Origin: Phoronis australis | Taxonomy: Eukaryota; Animalia; Phoronida | Length of the DNA: 64,000 bases | Assembly: GCA_002633005.1 (NCBI GenBank) | Contig: NMRA01000513.1 | Span: 124,001-188,000, forward strand | Reading direction: 5' to 3' | Shown: one piece after another, positions 1-13,688 of the stretch | Position numbering within the stretch: the stretch's first letter is position 1 | How the letters are laid out: each line of letters begins with the position of its first letter | Notes under the pieces: generated by a model | What the model was told of the DNA's origin: nothing | Seen by the model: only the letters and a program-made list of their open reading frames with translations | Databases searched by the model: none | Position numbers and translations under genes: made by a program

Positions 1-1010
1 TCTCTGAGAATTTAATAAGAATTGGTAATTTTGACTAAAGCAACGCACTGATTGAAAATAAGTAAATTGCTTTAACTGGTGCTAAACCGTTTGTGATGTG
101 CTGACGATATCGTGGCAAAAACGTTATTCAGGGAATCAACGAAGTGAGAGCCTAAACCAAACTTTCTGTTGTCACCTTTAGTTAACTGATCCAATAGTTA
201 CTGGATCTATAATTTTAGGACTTTGCGTAGGGTTTTTGACGGAAGGCTATGTGACTGGGCTGGCGAGACATTTCGAAACCACACTGTCGTAATTCTACTC
301 ATGCTGTTGTGATATGGATGGGTGAAAGAGGGTGACAATGAAATTTACTACATGTCCTTTTATAGACCCCAACTATCGTCCAGGATTATCAAAATTTTGG
401 GATCCTGTGAGGGGGAAGGATAGTATCCACCAGTAGTCTATTCAGAATTCTTCTCGAGGTTATGAGAAACATTGTGAATTGAGCATAACGCAGATGGATA
501 GCAGAGTAACGTTGTCGCTCGCAATAAGCTACTGAGGAAAATAGCTGTTTACCGTAACAATGGTACATAGAGTTTCTGGTTTTCACACACAGTTTTAGGG
601 AGATGATAAAAAAGCGACGTTATACGTTTTCAGATTTTGTTGGTTGGCTTGAAAAGAGAAGACATGACACAAAAAATATTGCAATTGTTCTGTAATATTT
701 TTAAGGAGATTTTCATTTTTGTATGGATTTGCAGAAAAAAATTTTGTTATTCAAATAAACCACAAGAAAAGCCCAAATCTGCCATTTTGTTGTCCATACA
801 ATGCTTAATTCACTTCATGATAACTCAGCTCTGTTTGTGATGGGAAATAAAAGTGGTTTGCACAATAATCTTGTACACAAACACCATATGAACAAAACAA
901 CGGAACTATTGACATTTGAACCTGATTGATTTTCAGTTGATGGGAGTGGATTTTATTGACATGTGACAAATAATATTATTCATAACACATTCAAACTCAG
1001 AATTTCCTAC

Positions 1011-1117
1011 CTTGAGTCAAACAAGGATTCGATTTTGGCCCTTTCTCCGTTGTTATGTATACTCGCCAAATTTCCATTAATACGCTTACAGTTATTTTCG
1101 GCTTCCTGCCACGTCAG
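1011..1117 (-). CDS. C-type lectin exon 4 (LTWQEAENNC...LASIHN)
   Basis: Acceptor ccttacag, donor gtagg; CTLD helix-1 motif. Confidence 0.9.
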
Positions 1118-4100
1118 CTGTAAGGACAAGCAAGCACAAACTTAACGAAGATCTTGTAACTATGGTTTCTCATTCAGTCGTCATTCATAAAAAGGGCTTA
1201 TATTTCAATTTAAGGAGGGTAATAATCCTTCACACAGCTACGACAAAAAAACGCCTTTGGCATGCGGTATTTAGGAACCTTTCGGACATTATATTCCAAA
1301 AATCATTGTTGGACCCCATTACGTCATATCAGAGCCACCATTGAGGACTGTACTTAGGTTATTTGTTTTGTTTTTTTGTGGAACTTTCTTATTTGTCTCT
1401 TTTCGGTTCGCGATCATTTAAAATATAACAAATTCTTTATCTTTTCTAATCACCCAGAGCACCACGAACAATAGAATTCATTGAATGTTTCAACAAGATT
1501 CGCCTTCGCTAATTTGACTCAGGCCAATAAGAGAATTGCCGTTGGATGCAATAAGTAGGCATGGAACACGAACAATAGACTAGATTGCGTTATTCAAAGT
1601 GGTACTCTGCCACTGAGACAAAATTCTATCTGTTCACTAGGTATTTTACTGTCGTAAAAATTTTGAATTTCTTTTGATGGTAAAATTCTTTTGATTTCTA
1701 AACATTTTCTTTAAGTTACATATTTCATTAAAAAAACTTTCTGTCAAGTGTTCGTCACTTCGTCGGTTTTTCTTCCACAAGGCAAAGCACGTATTTTAAC
1801 ATGGTGTGGTAAAACCCCATAGACGTAGGACATTTCCCTTACTCGGAAAATGTGACGTTTGACGTTTGACGTAGAAAAACAAATTCAATGGCGGCTTCAT
1901 GAAGTAGTCAATCCTATTAAAAAGCAATTGTTGTAAGTCCCAACTGGCTAGTCATGAAGGTATAGTAATATTCAAATATGTTTTAAAATGCACTTGGAAT
2001 TCCTTTTGGCAAATCGCGTGTTTCACTGGCTTGCCTCACGCTGTGCTGTCGGAGTGCGATTATACATTATAATCTGCCGTTAATATCCCTCTTGTCAAAA
2101 TCAACTGCTTGTCGAATTACTGTGCACGCATGCGCGCATTTATCACAAGTGGGAGGGAGATTAGAAACACTCAGTGGTGACTCCGGAGTTTTTCCTTGGC
2201 GAGTATATCAAATATCGTAAATTTTGTTATTCCCTTACAGAGGAAAATCAATAAGCCTGTAAAAGACGTTGCGAGATGATACTTTTGTTAGGAACTGTTT
2301 AAAAGATATTTTTGACGAGCTTTCGCGTTCCATGCCTCTTTAATCCAGGAAATGATGAAAGTTTGCCACCTGGTTTCCAAGAAATATCTACGAACTGAAG
2401 TAGGTCACGGGTAATAATTTAATGAGAAAACTTGAACATGAAGCCGTTTGAATTGACTGATAACCAATTCATATAATTATGTAACAGAAATTTGAAGATG
2501 CCGAATTCGGCTTAATCCTCAGCCTGTTATACACGTGTCGTGGTCTCGGCGTGAAGCGATATTAGTGCTACGCTGCAATTTCTCACAGGAAGCTGTATGA
2601 GGAGCGCCTCCTGCTGGAGGAAACTGAAATTTCCAAGTGCTTTGATAAGTTTCAGATTCCGCTGCTGCACAATAGTGGACCAGTGTATCTGGTGTTATAC
2701 TCACTAAATTGGAAGAACATACGCCAGAATGCCAACTAGCACTGAAGTAAACATTTCAATGCAAAACGCCGTGGTTACTTCTACAAAAGGTGCAGGTTGG
2801 CGTGTGACTAGTTTAAGTGAGTAGGTATCCCAAGTCAAAGGAGTATATGAGCACTATGGCCATCGATTTCTCTCCGATATCTGCGTCAACGTGGAAAAAG
2901 TTCGACGTCAGCAATCAGACTAGCAGTGACGTCATTTGAATCGATATTTGGTCCTTTATAAACACGTATGCAAAATCAAACAGTAAAACATTGAAAAATA
3001 CATACTGTAAATGCATAATTAAAGTAAACTAAATTGCTAAGATAGTCCTAAATTTAAAAACTTATTCCCATGGTAATCCCTATAAAGATATAAATACAAT
3101 AATTTAATAATATTATAAGATGGGGTAATATGAGTTCGACGATTATTTGAGGTAAATTCAAGCGGACCTATGAAATGCATGAATGATGGCTAGTAAATTA
3201 AATAAATTAATAAATCAGTAAATACCATCTGCTCTCAGTAGAATTAAACAGGTGAAATGGGAAATTAAATTTAAAAGTATTGACATCCCTCTACGGGTGG
3301 CCGGGAAGAGAATTTCACAAGAAAATTGAAGTTTTTGACCGTAAGTTGTGGAAATTTTTTTTTTTTTTTTCGTCTTCTGGTGAGTGAGAGGCTGTAAACT
3401 GAGCAGTTTATATCTAATGGGTTTGTTTGGTCTCACCTGGATTTTTCTATGGACTGACGCATAGTTGTGCTAGGTCACCAGCTTTAAGGTTATAAAGTAC
3501 CCTAGAAAAATGTCCAATATGGCCAACCTTGGAACAGACTCGTAACTCGGATTTTACTTAAAAACATGGTCACGTGATCTAATTGATGACAGATTAGTAT
3601 GAAATCAACTTTCAAATTTTACAAAATTTTACTTTCTGAAAATATATACTTTGAGTGAGTTAAATTCTAGTTGTGTAGATTTTTGGTTAAATGAAAACTC
3701 TTGTCGATAAGGTACTACATGGCTTTTACGTGAATAATTAAAATGGAATAACTAATGAAGTATGAAGAATTTTTTGTCATCTTAGATCTAGACTATCATT
3801 ACTATATATACCTGCTCAAGCCTTTCAAACGACTTTAGCATTTTTAATAATGGACTAGTTGTTTCCTCGAACGACTGGGAAGTTTGCTATCTTTTTGGAG
3901 ACCAATGTAACTTTACGTCTGCGCCTCTAAATTTCAGCTATGACCCGATGAAGTCCCAGACTGTATGGTTTAGATGATCGTATCTGGAACTTGGACACAC
4001 GGTCACATAACAGTTTCCACCCCGTGAATTTCTAAAATGTCAGTTTTTGGTTTCAGCAATAAATAAAAACGTTTTTATAACATCGGGATTTTTGATTAAC

Positions 4101-7100
4101 CGTGAATTTCGGTCGAAATGTGACAAGCGTCGATTTAATATGACTACAGGAAATTTGTCAGCTGAATATGGAGTCAAAGAACTCAACACAAACTAAAAAC
4201 CTTCACAAAATATGTAAGATTTTTCAACTTAGCCGATTATCCAGCTTTAAACAAGAGATTTCGATTATTTACAAGCACAAAGGAACTGAAAAACAGACCA
4301 CCGGCGACAGGCACGGATCCAGTACGCATGTGTACAGGTTGTCTTGAAACCCGTACTCCGCCATTTCTTGCTGTAACGGAGAAATGTATGTCTCTCCATC
4401 GTGAGACCCCATGTGACACGTGGTGATCCTGCACCCCTCCTTCACAGTATGAATAGACCCAGTCATACACTTACCTTTTGACTTTGAAAGATGTAACAGC
4501 TGTCTTCATAAAACGTCCAGTCTTTAGGGCAATATTCTAAAATATCAAAAAACGGATAAACGAACATTCACAACTTCCCTTGCCGAATGCTTATGTAGAT
4601 GGATTTAAAACATGGAATTAGACGACTGTATCGAGGCTTAAGAAATCAGGATCTGTTGTTTTCTAACAGTGACGACTCCCCAACTACACCGTCGTGATTG
4701 CCTAGACTATTCGCCATAAAATTGAGTTTTGATATACAGGTGCCACTTACCCAGCTTTGCCATAATCAAATGAGAGGTGACTTCAATATTTGGGAAGAAC
4801 TGAGTGCTCGTTATTGCGGGAGAGCATTTTCAGCAAGAGGCTTGCTGTTGTGTACCCTTCTTCAGTTACAAAATACAAGTTTGGTTTTAAAATACATCAT
4901 TCACAACAAGGAAACTGGTGTCAAATGGTTCCTTAGCCACTTTAAACGTGACTTCAGGACATAAAAGAAGTTGCCAAATCCTTACTGCTTGATACCAGGG
5001 GTAAGTTACATCTGGGAGTAATATACATATTGGTCCTAGGTTACATACAAGTTATTCTACATGTTCTGTCGTTCAGCAACTTTTCCAGACGTGAGGGGTT
5101 TTGAACGTGCGATAACATCTGGCTCCTTTGTTAATTGCCCAGTACAGTCTTTTGTCATGTATGATAACAAGCTGGCCAATTATCTCCCAGGCTTCAAAGG
5201 GTTGGCTGAAACCTGGCAGAATGGATTGTCTTAACTTCTGTTGTAGTTGGATGATTTTGGTGATTCAAAAACTAACCATGATCAACATTTTACAAGGAAT
5301 TCAGAAATGCTATTGGTTCATGTTCAAATATATTATAACATAACTTTCATTTTAGCAGCACAGCCCAGTCAGGTTAGATACGATCTGATCGGAGATTAAA
5401 GCAATTATCGAACAAAAGAGAGCCGGCCCTCCAACAATAAATTCCAGAATGGAGTTAATCAGTCGTGTAAGATACTGGCTACAGGGGTGATCTTCCAAAC
5501 TTGTTATTGAGCTATGGAATCGAAAAAGTTGGGAGCAACGGGAAAACGCCGTAATGAGGCTTTCATGCCGAAATCTTGTCTACTTTGTATCTGAAAATAT
5601 TGTTTAGTCACTTAACTATTAGGGCATCGCAGTCTATAAATAATTTATAGAAATTGTCTCAACAAATAGCAGTATTAATCTTAGTCACTTTGTACTTTTT
5701 TGAGATTCAAATGTGTTTCAGAAATAGTTTTGTGGAACGTAATAACAAATTTCTGACTTAAGTCGTAAGGCACTAAAACAGACCCCAGATCCTTCAGCTT
5801 AACTAGTCTAAGGCGGGTCATTTTATGCGCTCAGCATGGCCGCAAGGAGCAACGAACACTCAGACCTTGGTTTTAATCAAAAGTTGTTTTTATGGCAGTT
5901 CATAGCAACAAGCCATTTGATGAACATCATCTCAAGAAATAACAATGAACACCCAGTCCTTTCCGAGCCCAGAACTGCGCCACCTCTCGACCGAGTTTGG
6001 AATCACTTGCCTGCAGTGGCGTGCAGAGCTTTGGTGAGTTGCCTAGGGCGATATTTATTGGATGCCCCTCCCCCCCCCCTCTCTAATCAATTAAGGACTT
6101 TAGTACTAAGAAAAATTAGTGAGGATAAAACACAAATAGAGACTTTGTTCAATTTAACTACAAATCAATTACAATTTCAAAAATTTTATTCATAATGATT
6201 GGATGCACCCCGGATGTGTGATATGTACAGTATAAGTTCGTGTTGCATGGTGAACAACCTATAGGAATGAACCGATCGCTTCCGGATCGTGATATTATAT
6301 AGATATGGACCAATCTCGAGGGTGGTGTCATGTCATATGGACTGATAGAGAACAATGTTGTCCGAGACTGAATAGCACCATGAATGAAATGTGTGATTCC
6401 GCGGCTAGGCGGTAGCCTTACTTCATAACGAAAGTTATCGCGTTGCGATTTATCGGAAGGCAGAAGAATCAGCTGGTCGTGTATAAACGATCTTTCACAG
6501 TGCTACGAAGATAGCTCTGTAGAATGTTGGTTAAGATGGCTCATTGGTTAAAGTTATGAAACCGACGTCATAGCATTCAGTCATTCTCATTGGTTGAAAT
6601 CTGGGAAATCCCTTTCAGTTTATTCTTACCTAGTATGGCGACCACCTTTTACTTGAATAGTTGCAATTTATTAAAACGGGCAGCGATCGAAATAAACAAA
6701 ATCAAAGGAACCCCCATCCAGTGGCTTAAGCCCAAACAAGTACATGTTTGTACAGTGCGGCATAAACATCGAGGCATGTGCAAGTGGTGGCCATGTGATC
6801 GGTATTCTTTCCACCAAAGCATGCGCATTGACGCCCACTCACGGACATTCCGTGTGTCGTTCATCATGGCCACAAGGTCACTATTAAGTATAGGTGGTGC
6901 TGTATCAGAAGATATGGTTGTGTCACAAATGTTTCGTTCTAATTGGTCAGTTAGCCATCAATCAAAATCCTGGCGATAGGTCAGTTACTACTGAAATGAC
7001 CTAGTTTATTCAACTGTTCTCGCCTTGACGTGAATGGTGCTCGGCTACCGTTCACTTCGGCAGAGAGTCACATTACTTTGTAGCTCTCCGTCGATGGTGC

Positions 7101-8453
7101 ACTCCCCCGTGCCACCCTGTAACTGCACTTTGGAGATGGTCGTTTGCGACTGGATGTTCAATCGCTTGAATACTTACGTATCTTAAGCTGAGCGGTCACC
7201 GACTGTAACAAGAAAAGGGACAAGCTTACGAAGCACTCATTGACTTTTTTTATAGACGCATTCTGTACACGACACTTTTTATGTTTGTGTTTTAACACAA
7301 AGAGGTATATCTTACAATATATTTGATCACGAAACCTTGATATATGTTTTGTTGCAATTAATTGACGTTTCACTTACGAACAATTCACATTTGGGCAATA
7401 AAACATTTGCATGGTCCCGGATTTCATGAGAACCAATTTCAGTGCACGTTATATTCTAGTACAGTACTTAGTATACAATATAAGCAGGTTTCGTGTGTGT
7501 GGGTGTTTGAAAAGTATGAATGCATTTTAGTGAGCTCTAGAGTGTACTACGTTCAACCGGTGATACATGTTTGTGGGGACTTGTAATCACTTACTTGGTT
7601 ATCTAATAAACTTGATAAAAAATTCAAATTGATCAAAACTATAAAAAGTGTAGAAAACTTATTTAAAAATGCAGGACTCCTCGAATAATTGATTATTACC
7701 CAAATTGACCGATAAACCATGCGACCAAGATTCTCACAAGCATTGTTCTAGTGGGGTGTAGGCGCACGTATAGGCGCAGCCAACCACCTTTTGGCATTTG
7801 AACGTAGCGCCTACGCACCGTAAGTTACGTTCAGTGCTTGAGGTTATACGGGGGCTTTGGGCGCCTACTTACATCCAATTTCACCACTACAGCACCTCTC
7901 ACAATATTGCGTAAGTGCGATGACATCACCACAAATTAACGACTGGGTAAAAGCTAGCACGATTTCAGATTCCGTAGCTCCGGTGAGGGGTGCAAGTTTA
8001 CTGTTCTCTTTTCACTGTTTCTCTGAATGTAATTCATCTCAAAAAGTAGTGATTCACCGTTTGTGTAAGTCGAGTTTGTAACTGAAACTTTTAATTTATA
8101 TCAAATTACTCGGGTCTGCTTCAATGAAATTGTCCCGTAGTCGCGAATAGTTGCAAGAATTCCTTAAAATTTGAACTCTGTCTGTGGCACACCATTGCGT
8201 ACTTCACAAGCTTGATTCGTTTTTAATAACGGGGAAATTTTGTTGGCCACAGCTCCTACTATATGGATAACAGAGAGTTTTCCACAAATTGTTTTTCATG
8301 AAGCAATTATGCACTGTAAAGAGATGCGTTGCGCATGACAAATAATGGCACATATCAATTAACAGCACACATTAGAGAAACTTTTTTGGAAGCAATTACC
8401 TTATAAAAGCAGACGACCGCGAAAAGGAATATCAGCAGAATCTTCTGCGTCAT
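1011..8453 (-). CDS. Secreted C-type lectin domain protein, 3'-partial; exons 8400-8453, 7178-7202, 4475-4536, 1011-1117
   Basis: Spliced translation MTQKILLIFLFAVVCFYK|SVTAQLKI-Q|YCPKDWTFYEDSCYIFQSQK|LTWQEAENNCKRINGNLASIHNNGERAKIESLFDS. It has a hydrophobic signal peptide, then the CPxxW..SCY and WxEAxxxC...LASI motifs of long-form CTLDs. All joins are GT-AG with matching phases (0,1,0,2). Confidence 0.85.
4475..4536 (-). CDS. C-type lectin exon 3 (YCPKDWTFYEDSCYIF)
   Basis: Acceptor attttag, donor gtaagt; N-terminal CTLD cysteine pair. Confidence 0.9.
5090..5560 (+). repeat. Dispersed repeat about 470 bp, copy 1
   Basis: Shares colinear blocks (gtgcgataacatct, ggccaattatctcccaggctt, gattcaaaaacta, cagcacagcccagtc, cagaatggagttaatcagtc, agcaacgggaaaacg) with 15135-15636. 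Confidence 0.8.
7178..7202 (-). CDS. C-type lectin 25-nt micro-exon 2 (SVTAQLKI)
   Basis: Strong acceptor cccttttcttgttacag and donor gtaagt. It converts phase 0 to phase 1 as required and supplies a VTA signal-cleavage site. Confidence 0.75.
8400..8453 (-). CDS. C-type lectin exon 1 (signal peptide MTQKILLIFLFAVVCFYK)
   Basis: ATG at 8453, donor gtaatt; TATTTAA about 45 nt upstream. Confidence 0.75.
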
Positions 8454-10079
8454 GTTGAAGATAGAAAAGAGTGTGTTGTCCCAAAGACCAGGGTCGGTTA
8501 AATAATGAAGATTGGTTGCCCTTTGCCACTGATAACCAATACGCACATTGGGACCCCAGTGCGAAACAACATGTGTCACCAGTCCCTTGAAGATAACCTA
8601 GAAGAAGCCACGAATCAGCGATGGAAAAATATTGCGACATGCAGTATGTGGCACATACCATCGATACATCGCATTCCGGAGTTGAGCGCCGATGCGATGT
8701 CGCAATGAGCTGAAATAGTGCAAATGTATCGCGGGCGTGAGAAAACCCAACCCGTTGTGATTGCTCTGAGAAGATGTACATGTAGACGACCAACCTCGAT
8801 AGATGAGGTTCGTTTTTCTATACATTTGGAGTCTAACCTCCTTACAACGACACTGTTAATGGCGACGTACTAGCTCAAACTTCTGCCGGAGTTGTGCGAT
8901 TATATAATCATGTTAGTTTACCCAGCTCGGAGTTACTATAGTAACTGCAATATCTTTGCCCTGGTTTCACGGGACTGTCCTAACCTATATGGTTCGAACT
9001 AGGTATTTCGGTGTAACGAGGTTNATTAATTGACGTTTCACTTACGAACAGTTCACATTTGGGCAATAAAACATTTGCATGGTCCCGGATTTCATGAGAA
9101 CCAATTTCAGTGCACGTTATATTCTAGTACCGTACTTAGTATACAATATAAGCAGGTTTCGTGTGTGTGGGTGTTTGAAAAGTATGAATGCATTTTAGTG
9201 AGCTCTAGAGTGTACTACGTTCAACCGGTGATACATGTTTGTGGGGACTTGTTTTTGTTATGTAATCACTTACTTGGTTATCTAATAAACTTGATAAAAA
9301 ATTCAAATTGATCAAAACTATAAAAAGTGTAGAAAACTTATTTAAAAATGCAGGACTCCTCGAATAATTGATTATTACCCAAATTGACCGATAAACCATG
9401 CGATCAAGATTCTCACAAGCAGTGTTCTAGTGGGGTGTAGACGCACGTATAGGCGCAGCCAACCACCTTTTGTTATTTGAACGTAGCGCCTACGCACCGT
9501 AAGTTACGTTCAGTGCTTGAGGTTATACGGGGGGCTTTGGGCGCCTACTTACATCCAATTTCACCACTACAGCACCGCTCACAAGATTGTGTAAGTGCGA
9601 TGACATCACCACAAATTAACGACTGGGTAAAAGCTAGCACAATTTCAGATTCCGTAGCTCCGGTGAGGGGTGCAAGTTTACTGTTCTCTTTTCACTGTTT
9701 CTCTGAATGTAATTCATCTCAAAAAGTAGTGATTCACCGTTTAAGTAAGTCGAGTTTGTAACTGAAACTTTTAATTTATATCAAATTACTCGGGTCTGCT
9801 TCAATGAAATTGTCCCGTAGTCTCTAATAGTTGCAAGAATTCCTTGAAATTTGAACTCTGTTTGTGGCACACCCTTGCGTACTTCACAAGCTTGATTCGT
9901 TTTTAATAACGGGGAAATTTTGTTGGCCAGAGCTCCTACTATATGGATAACAGAGAGTTTTCCACAAATTGTTTTTCATGAAGCAATTATGCACTGTAAA
10001 GAGATGCTTTGCGCATGACAAATAATGGCACATATCAATTAACAGCACACATTAGAGAAACTTTTTTGGAAGCAATTAC

Positions 10080-10133
10080 CTTATAAAAGCAGACGACCGC
10101 GAAAAGGAATATCAGCAGAATCTTCTGCGTCAT
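10080..10133 (-). CDS. Duplicate of lectin exon 1 in the second copy of the duplication
   Basis: Same peptide and donor as 8400-8453. Confidence 0.45.
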
Positions 10134-13100
10134 GCTGAAGATAGAAAAGAGTGTGTTGTCCCAAAGACCAGGGTCGGTTAAATAATGAAGATTGGTTGCC
10201 CTTTGCCACTGATAACCAATACGCACATTGGGACCCCAGTGCGAAACAACATGTGTCACCAGTCCCTTGAAGATAACCTAGAAGAAGCCACGAATCAGCG
10301 ATGGAAAAATATTGCGACATGCAGTAAGTGGCACATACCATCGATACATCGCATTCCGGAGTTGAGCGCCGATGCGATGTCGCAATGAGCTGAAATAGTG
10401 CAAATGTATCGCGGGCGTGAGAAAACCCAACCCGTTGTGATTGCTCTGAGAAGATGTACATGTAGACGACCAACCTCGATAGATGAGGTTCGTTTTTCTA
10501 TACATTTGGAGTCTAACCTCCTTACAACGGCACTGTTAATGGCGACGTACTAGCTCAAACTTCTGCCGGAGTTGTGCGATTATATAATCATGTTAGTTTA
10601 CCCAGCTCGGAGTTACTATAGTAACTGCAATATCTTTGCCCTGGTTTCACGGGACTGTCCTAACCTATATGGTTCGAACTAGGTATTTCGGTGTAACGAG
10701 GTTTGATTGTCTCCAAAACATGTAGGTCAATAAAATTTAATTGGCAATACTTATTACTGTAGTCATGACTAATATGCAGACAACGCAAGGCCTGGCACGA
10801 AGACCTCAAATATAAGTCTATAGCTATAGTAGGACCATATCCACAGCTACAAAACTATAGAATTTACTCAAAAACGTATATTTATATTTTCCGTAAGCAG
10901 AAAGCCCTGTAGACTTTTATTTTCTAATCTATGCATGTACAGTGCAACTTTGCTGTTGATTGGATCACGTGACCATATGTTTCTTCGGGAAAAATAGGGG
11001 AACAGGTACGATCACAGTACACTGCTGTGGCAATAACGCGACCAAATTTCTTTTTCTATAAATGTTTAAGATAAATAAATCTCAAAAACCGTGTTACAGG
11101 TTTCTCTTTGTTTTTGTTCTGTGCAGCTTTCGGTGTCTTAAAAATCGCAAACTTTCTATTTTGATTAGCCCTTCATACCAAAAGTTGTACAATAAAAAAT
11201 CCTAACTGTGTTTTGGAAAACGCTGCATCAATGGTGGCTGAACGATTCTTACGAACACGATAAGCCGTTGCAGAGATATGATCGGTTCCGAAGACCACCA
11301 ATGTTTTCTAGGACTATACATAACGAGTATAATGTGTGCAAGCCAAGAGCTATTACTGCACAGACAGGGCTAGAACAACAGCCTCTAGCAACCACTGTAC
11401 CCCAGGGCCATAACTAATAGCCTCTGTAGACCATCGAGATCATAGAGAGGGAGACAAACCACCTAGCCAAATCCCATTGGCGCCCATTGTTGTTTCATGG
11501 ACCGTAGAGACGTCTAGAAGACGCGTGTGCAATAAACAAATATGGCAAGACATGACGGCTCCAGTCGTCAAAAAGCAACGGTGCTTTTTTACAATACCTG
11601 CGTCTGCACCAATAGTTAATTGAAAATTCGTGACATTTTAGCTTCCCCACTGATTAAGATAGACGATGTTCACGATTGAAACAAAGAATGTTTTTGTGTG
11701 AAACTGCTGCCAGTCAACCAGTGATGGACCGGGTGATTTGAACTTAATGTCTTTACTGTTCCCTGCATTTGATCGCTTATTTAGAAAATTATCGTTAATT
11801 GTTTGCATGATTTTGGGAACTATTGATTAGTTTATTCTATGCCCATTGATTACTTTCTTTCATTTCTTTCTGCAGTCTTAATGCATTCAGATTATAATAT
11901 TTACTATAACTACTTATTTACTTATTTTATTATTGTTATATTATCATATATTTGTTTTATTTTTTTAATTATTATTATTTGTTTTTATTTATTTATTCAT
12001 TGTTTTATTGATTCGCTGTTACTTATTTAAATTATTTCTTATGATCCCATACAGTTAACATTCTGGCCATCGTTGGTCAATAACTTATATTATATAATCA
12101 TGATATGGACTTCAGTGCATAATAAATATTAATTGTATGGTTTGTAACCCACTTGATAATTTTCCATAAGAAGTGTCAAAGGAAGTTTTAATGAAGTTTA
12201 GCGTTTCATCTATAGGTGTTCAATTTCAGACGATACCCTCTCTCGGTGGAGCACTTCGCGGGAAATGTCCCTTTGTCCCTCTATGGAAATCCGACATTGC
12301 CAAGTGTTCACGAGGGAAGTATTCGACATTGACAAGAGTTCACGAGGGAAGTTGAGATTCCAAGTTCATCAAAAAAACATTCGTGCACAGCACAGCAATA
12401 TCAAGACATTCGAATAAAAATGTAAAAAAATACAATACAATTGATCGCCATCGAAAGGGTGGAATTTTAAATAATGTGAAACGCACTGCTTGTGAATTAC
12501 ACAAAATGACTATTTCTGGTGGTTTGCTAAAATTAATGTTATTGTTTCCCATACATGTAGTATCGCAAGTATAGTATCTGTTTTGAAGATGGTTACTACG
12601 AGTTGTTTGTTAGGAATTCCCACATCTGAAAAACACTGCTATCTAAGCCACTTTATGTGATGACCGTGTACATGTCGAAAAGGGTACTTAAAAAATTCTT
12701 GCAATCATAAAAGATTCTCAGCGTTTTTCTGTAAGTGGAGTTCAAGTTTACCTCGTGAATCGTTATGGGTGCCTCTGAAATACACCTTAATACGAATGTC
12801 CCATGTTCCCCAATTCCCCACCCGTGTTAAAAATCGGCGAGCAAGCCTGCGGAAATTTCTCATAACATTCCGCTTTGATAAACAAATTCGTTTATTTATG
12901 ATTTACATGTTTATGTAACTACGAAAATCGATAGATTCATAGATGATCTATGACAATTAGAAGCTAATCTTGTAAAAATGATGTTTCATTGAATTTAGTT
13001 GCAGCCTTAAATTGGAAAAACTCGATTATCCGATCCCGGCCAAATAGTAAAGTATACTTAGACAATTTTGCCTATTTAAAATAACTCTCAAAGATATTGA

Positions 13101-13629
13101 TGAAATTCGGAATCACGAACCACTGACGAGATCGAAAAAAGTTTTAAAAGTCCTTAAATAAAATTAAACGCATTGCCCGTGCAGAATCTCAGTGATCCAC
13201 GGGAACTGAACTCCACTAGGCGTTAAAGTGTGTGCATTTTTGAGACACTCTGGTCATTTTCCCCACAAACCAGAAACTGAAACTGCCCGTCGTGTTTCAA
13301 AGAGGGACTTTGAAACAGCCCCAAAGGCACCATACCAGTTATTACAGATTTTGGCCGTCTAGCGCACACCAAAGTGGAGATGAGTTATTTTCCGTCAAGT
13401 CCTTATCAAGAGTCAGAAAAAACAAACCAGGTTTTTGTAGCATTCACAGCTCACAAGAAATACATGTGATAACTCAAGTTTAATTATGCTACAGATTTAA
13501 AAAAAATCCCGTGATAGAAAAATAGCACAAAAAATAAATTTGACACATTTCTTCCCGTGCTATTTCTCTGTAAGTGCTAGAAAGAATCTTGACTACAGAA
13601 TCAGAATGCCCGCTCTCTCTAGATTATAA

Positions 13630-13688
13630 AAATGTGGTCATAGTACGCCCTTCAAATTAAATGTGGTCATAGTACGCCCTTCAAATTA
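13630..13688. repeat. 29-bp tandem duplication aaatgtggtcatagtacgcccttcaaatt x2
   Basis: Read directly. Confidence 0.85.

Larger units (their letters stand above)
7357..10703. repeat. Near-identical tandem duplication (7357-9023 / 9025-10703) split by N at 9024; probable haplotype overlap
   Basis: Copies of 1667 and 1679 bp differ only by scattered substitutions and small indels, and the junction is exactly the N. Confidence 0.9.

Noticed and set aside
664-705. Plus-strand MTQKILQLF resembling the lectin signal peptide start
   Set aside because: Opposite strand, different codons, no hydrophobic core or donor; treated as coincidence.
4237-4470. ORF continuing in frame from the lectin CPKDW exon
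   Set aside because: A consensus gtaagt donor precedes it, and the proper WxEAxxxC motif is in exon 1011-1117.
8355-10505. Duplicated 67-130 aa ORFs
   Set aside because: No recognisable protein apart from the 54-nt signal exon; duplicated only because of the N-split duplication.
11839-12030. Hydrophobic ORF resembling a membrane protein
   Set aside because: T-rich low-complexity DNA.
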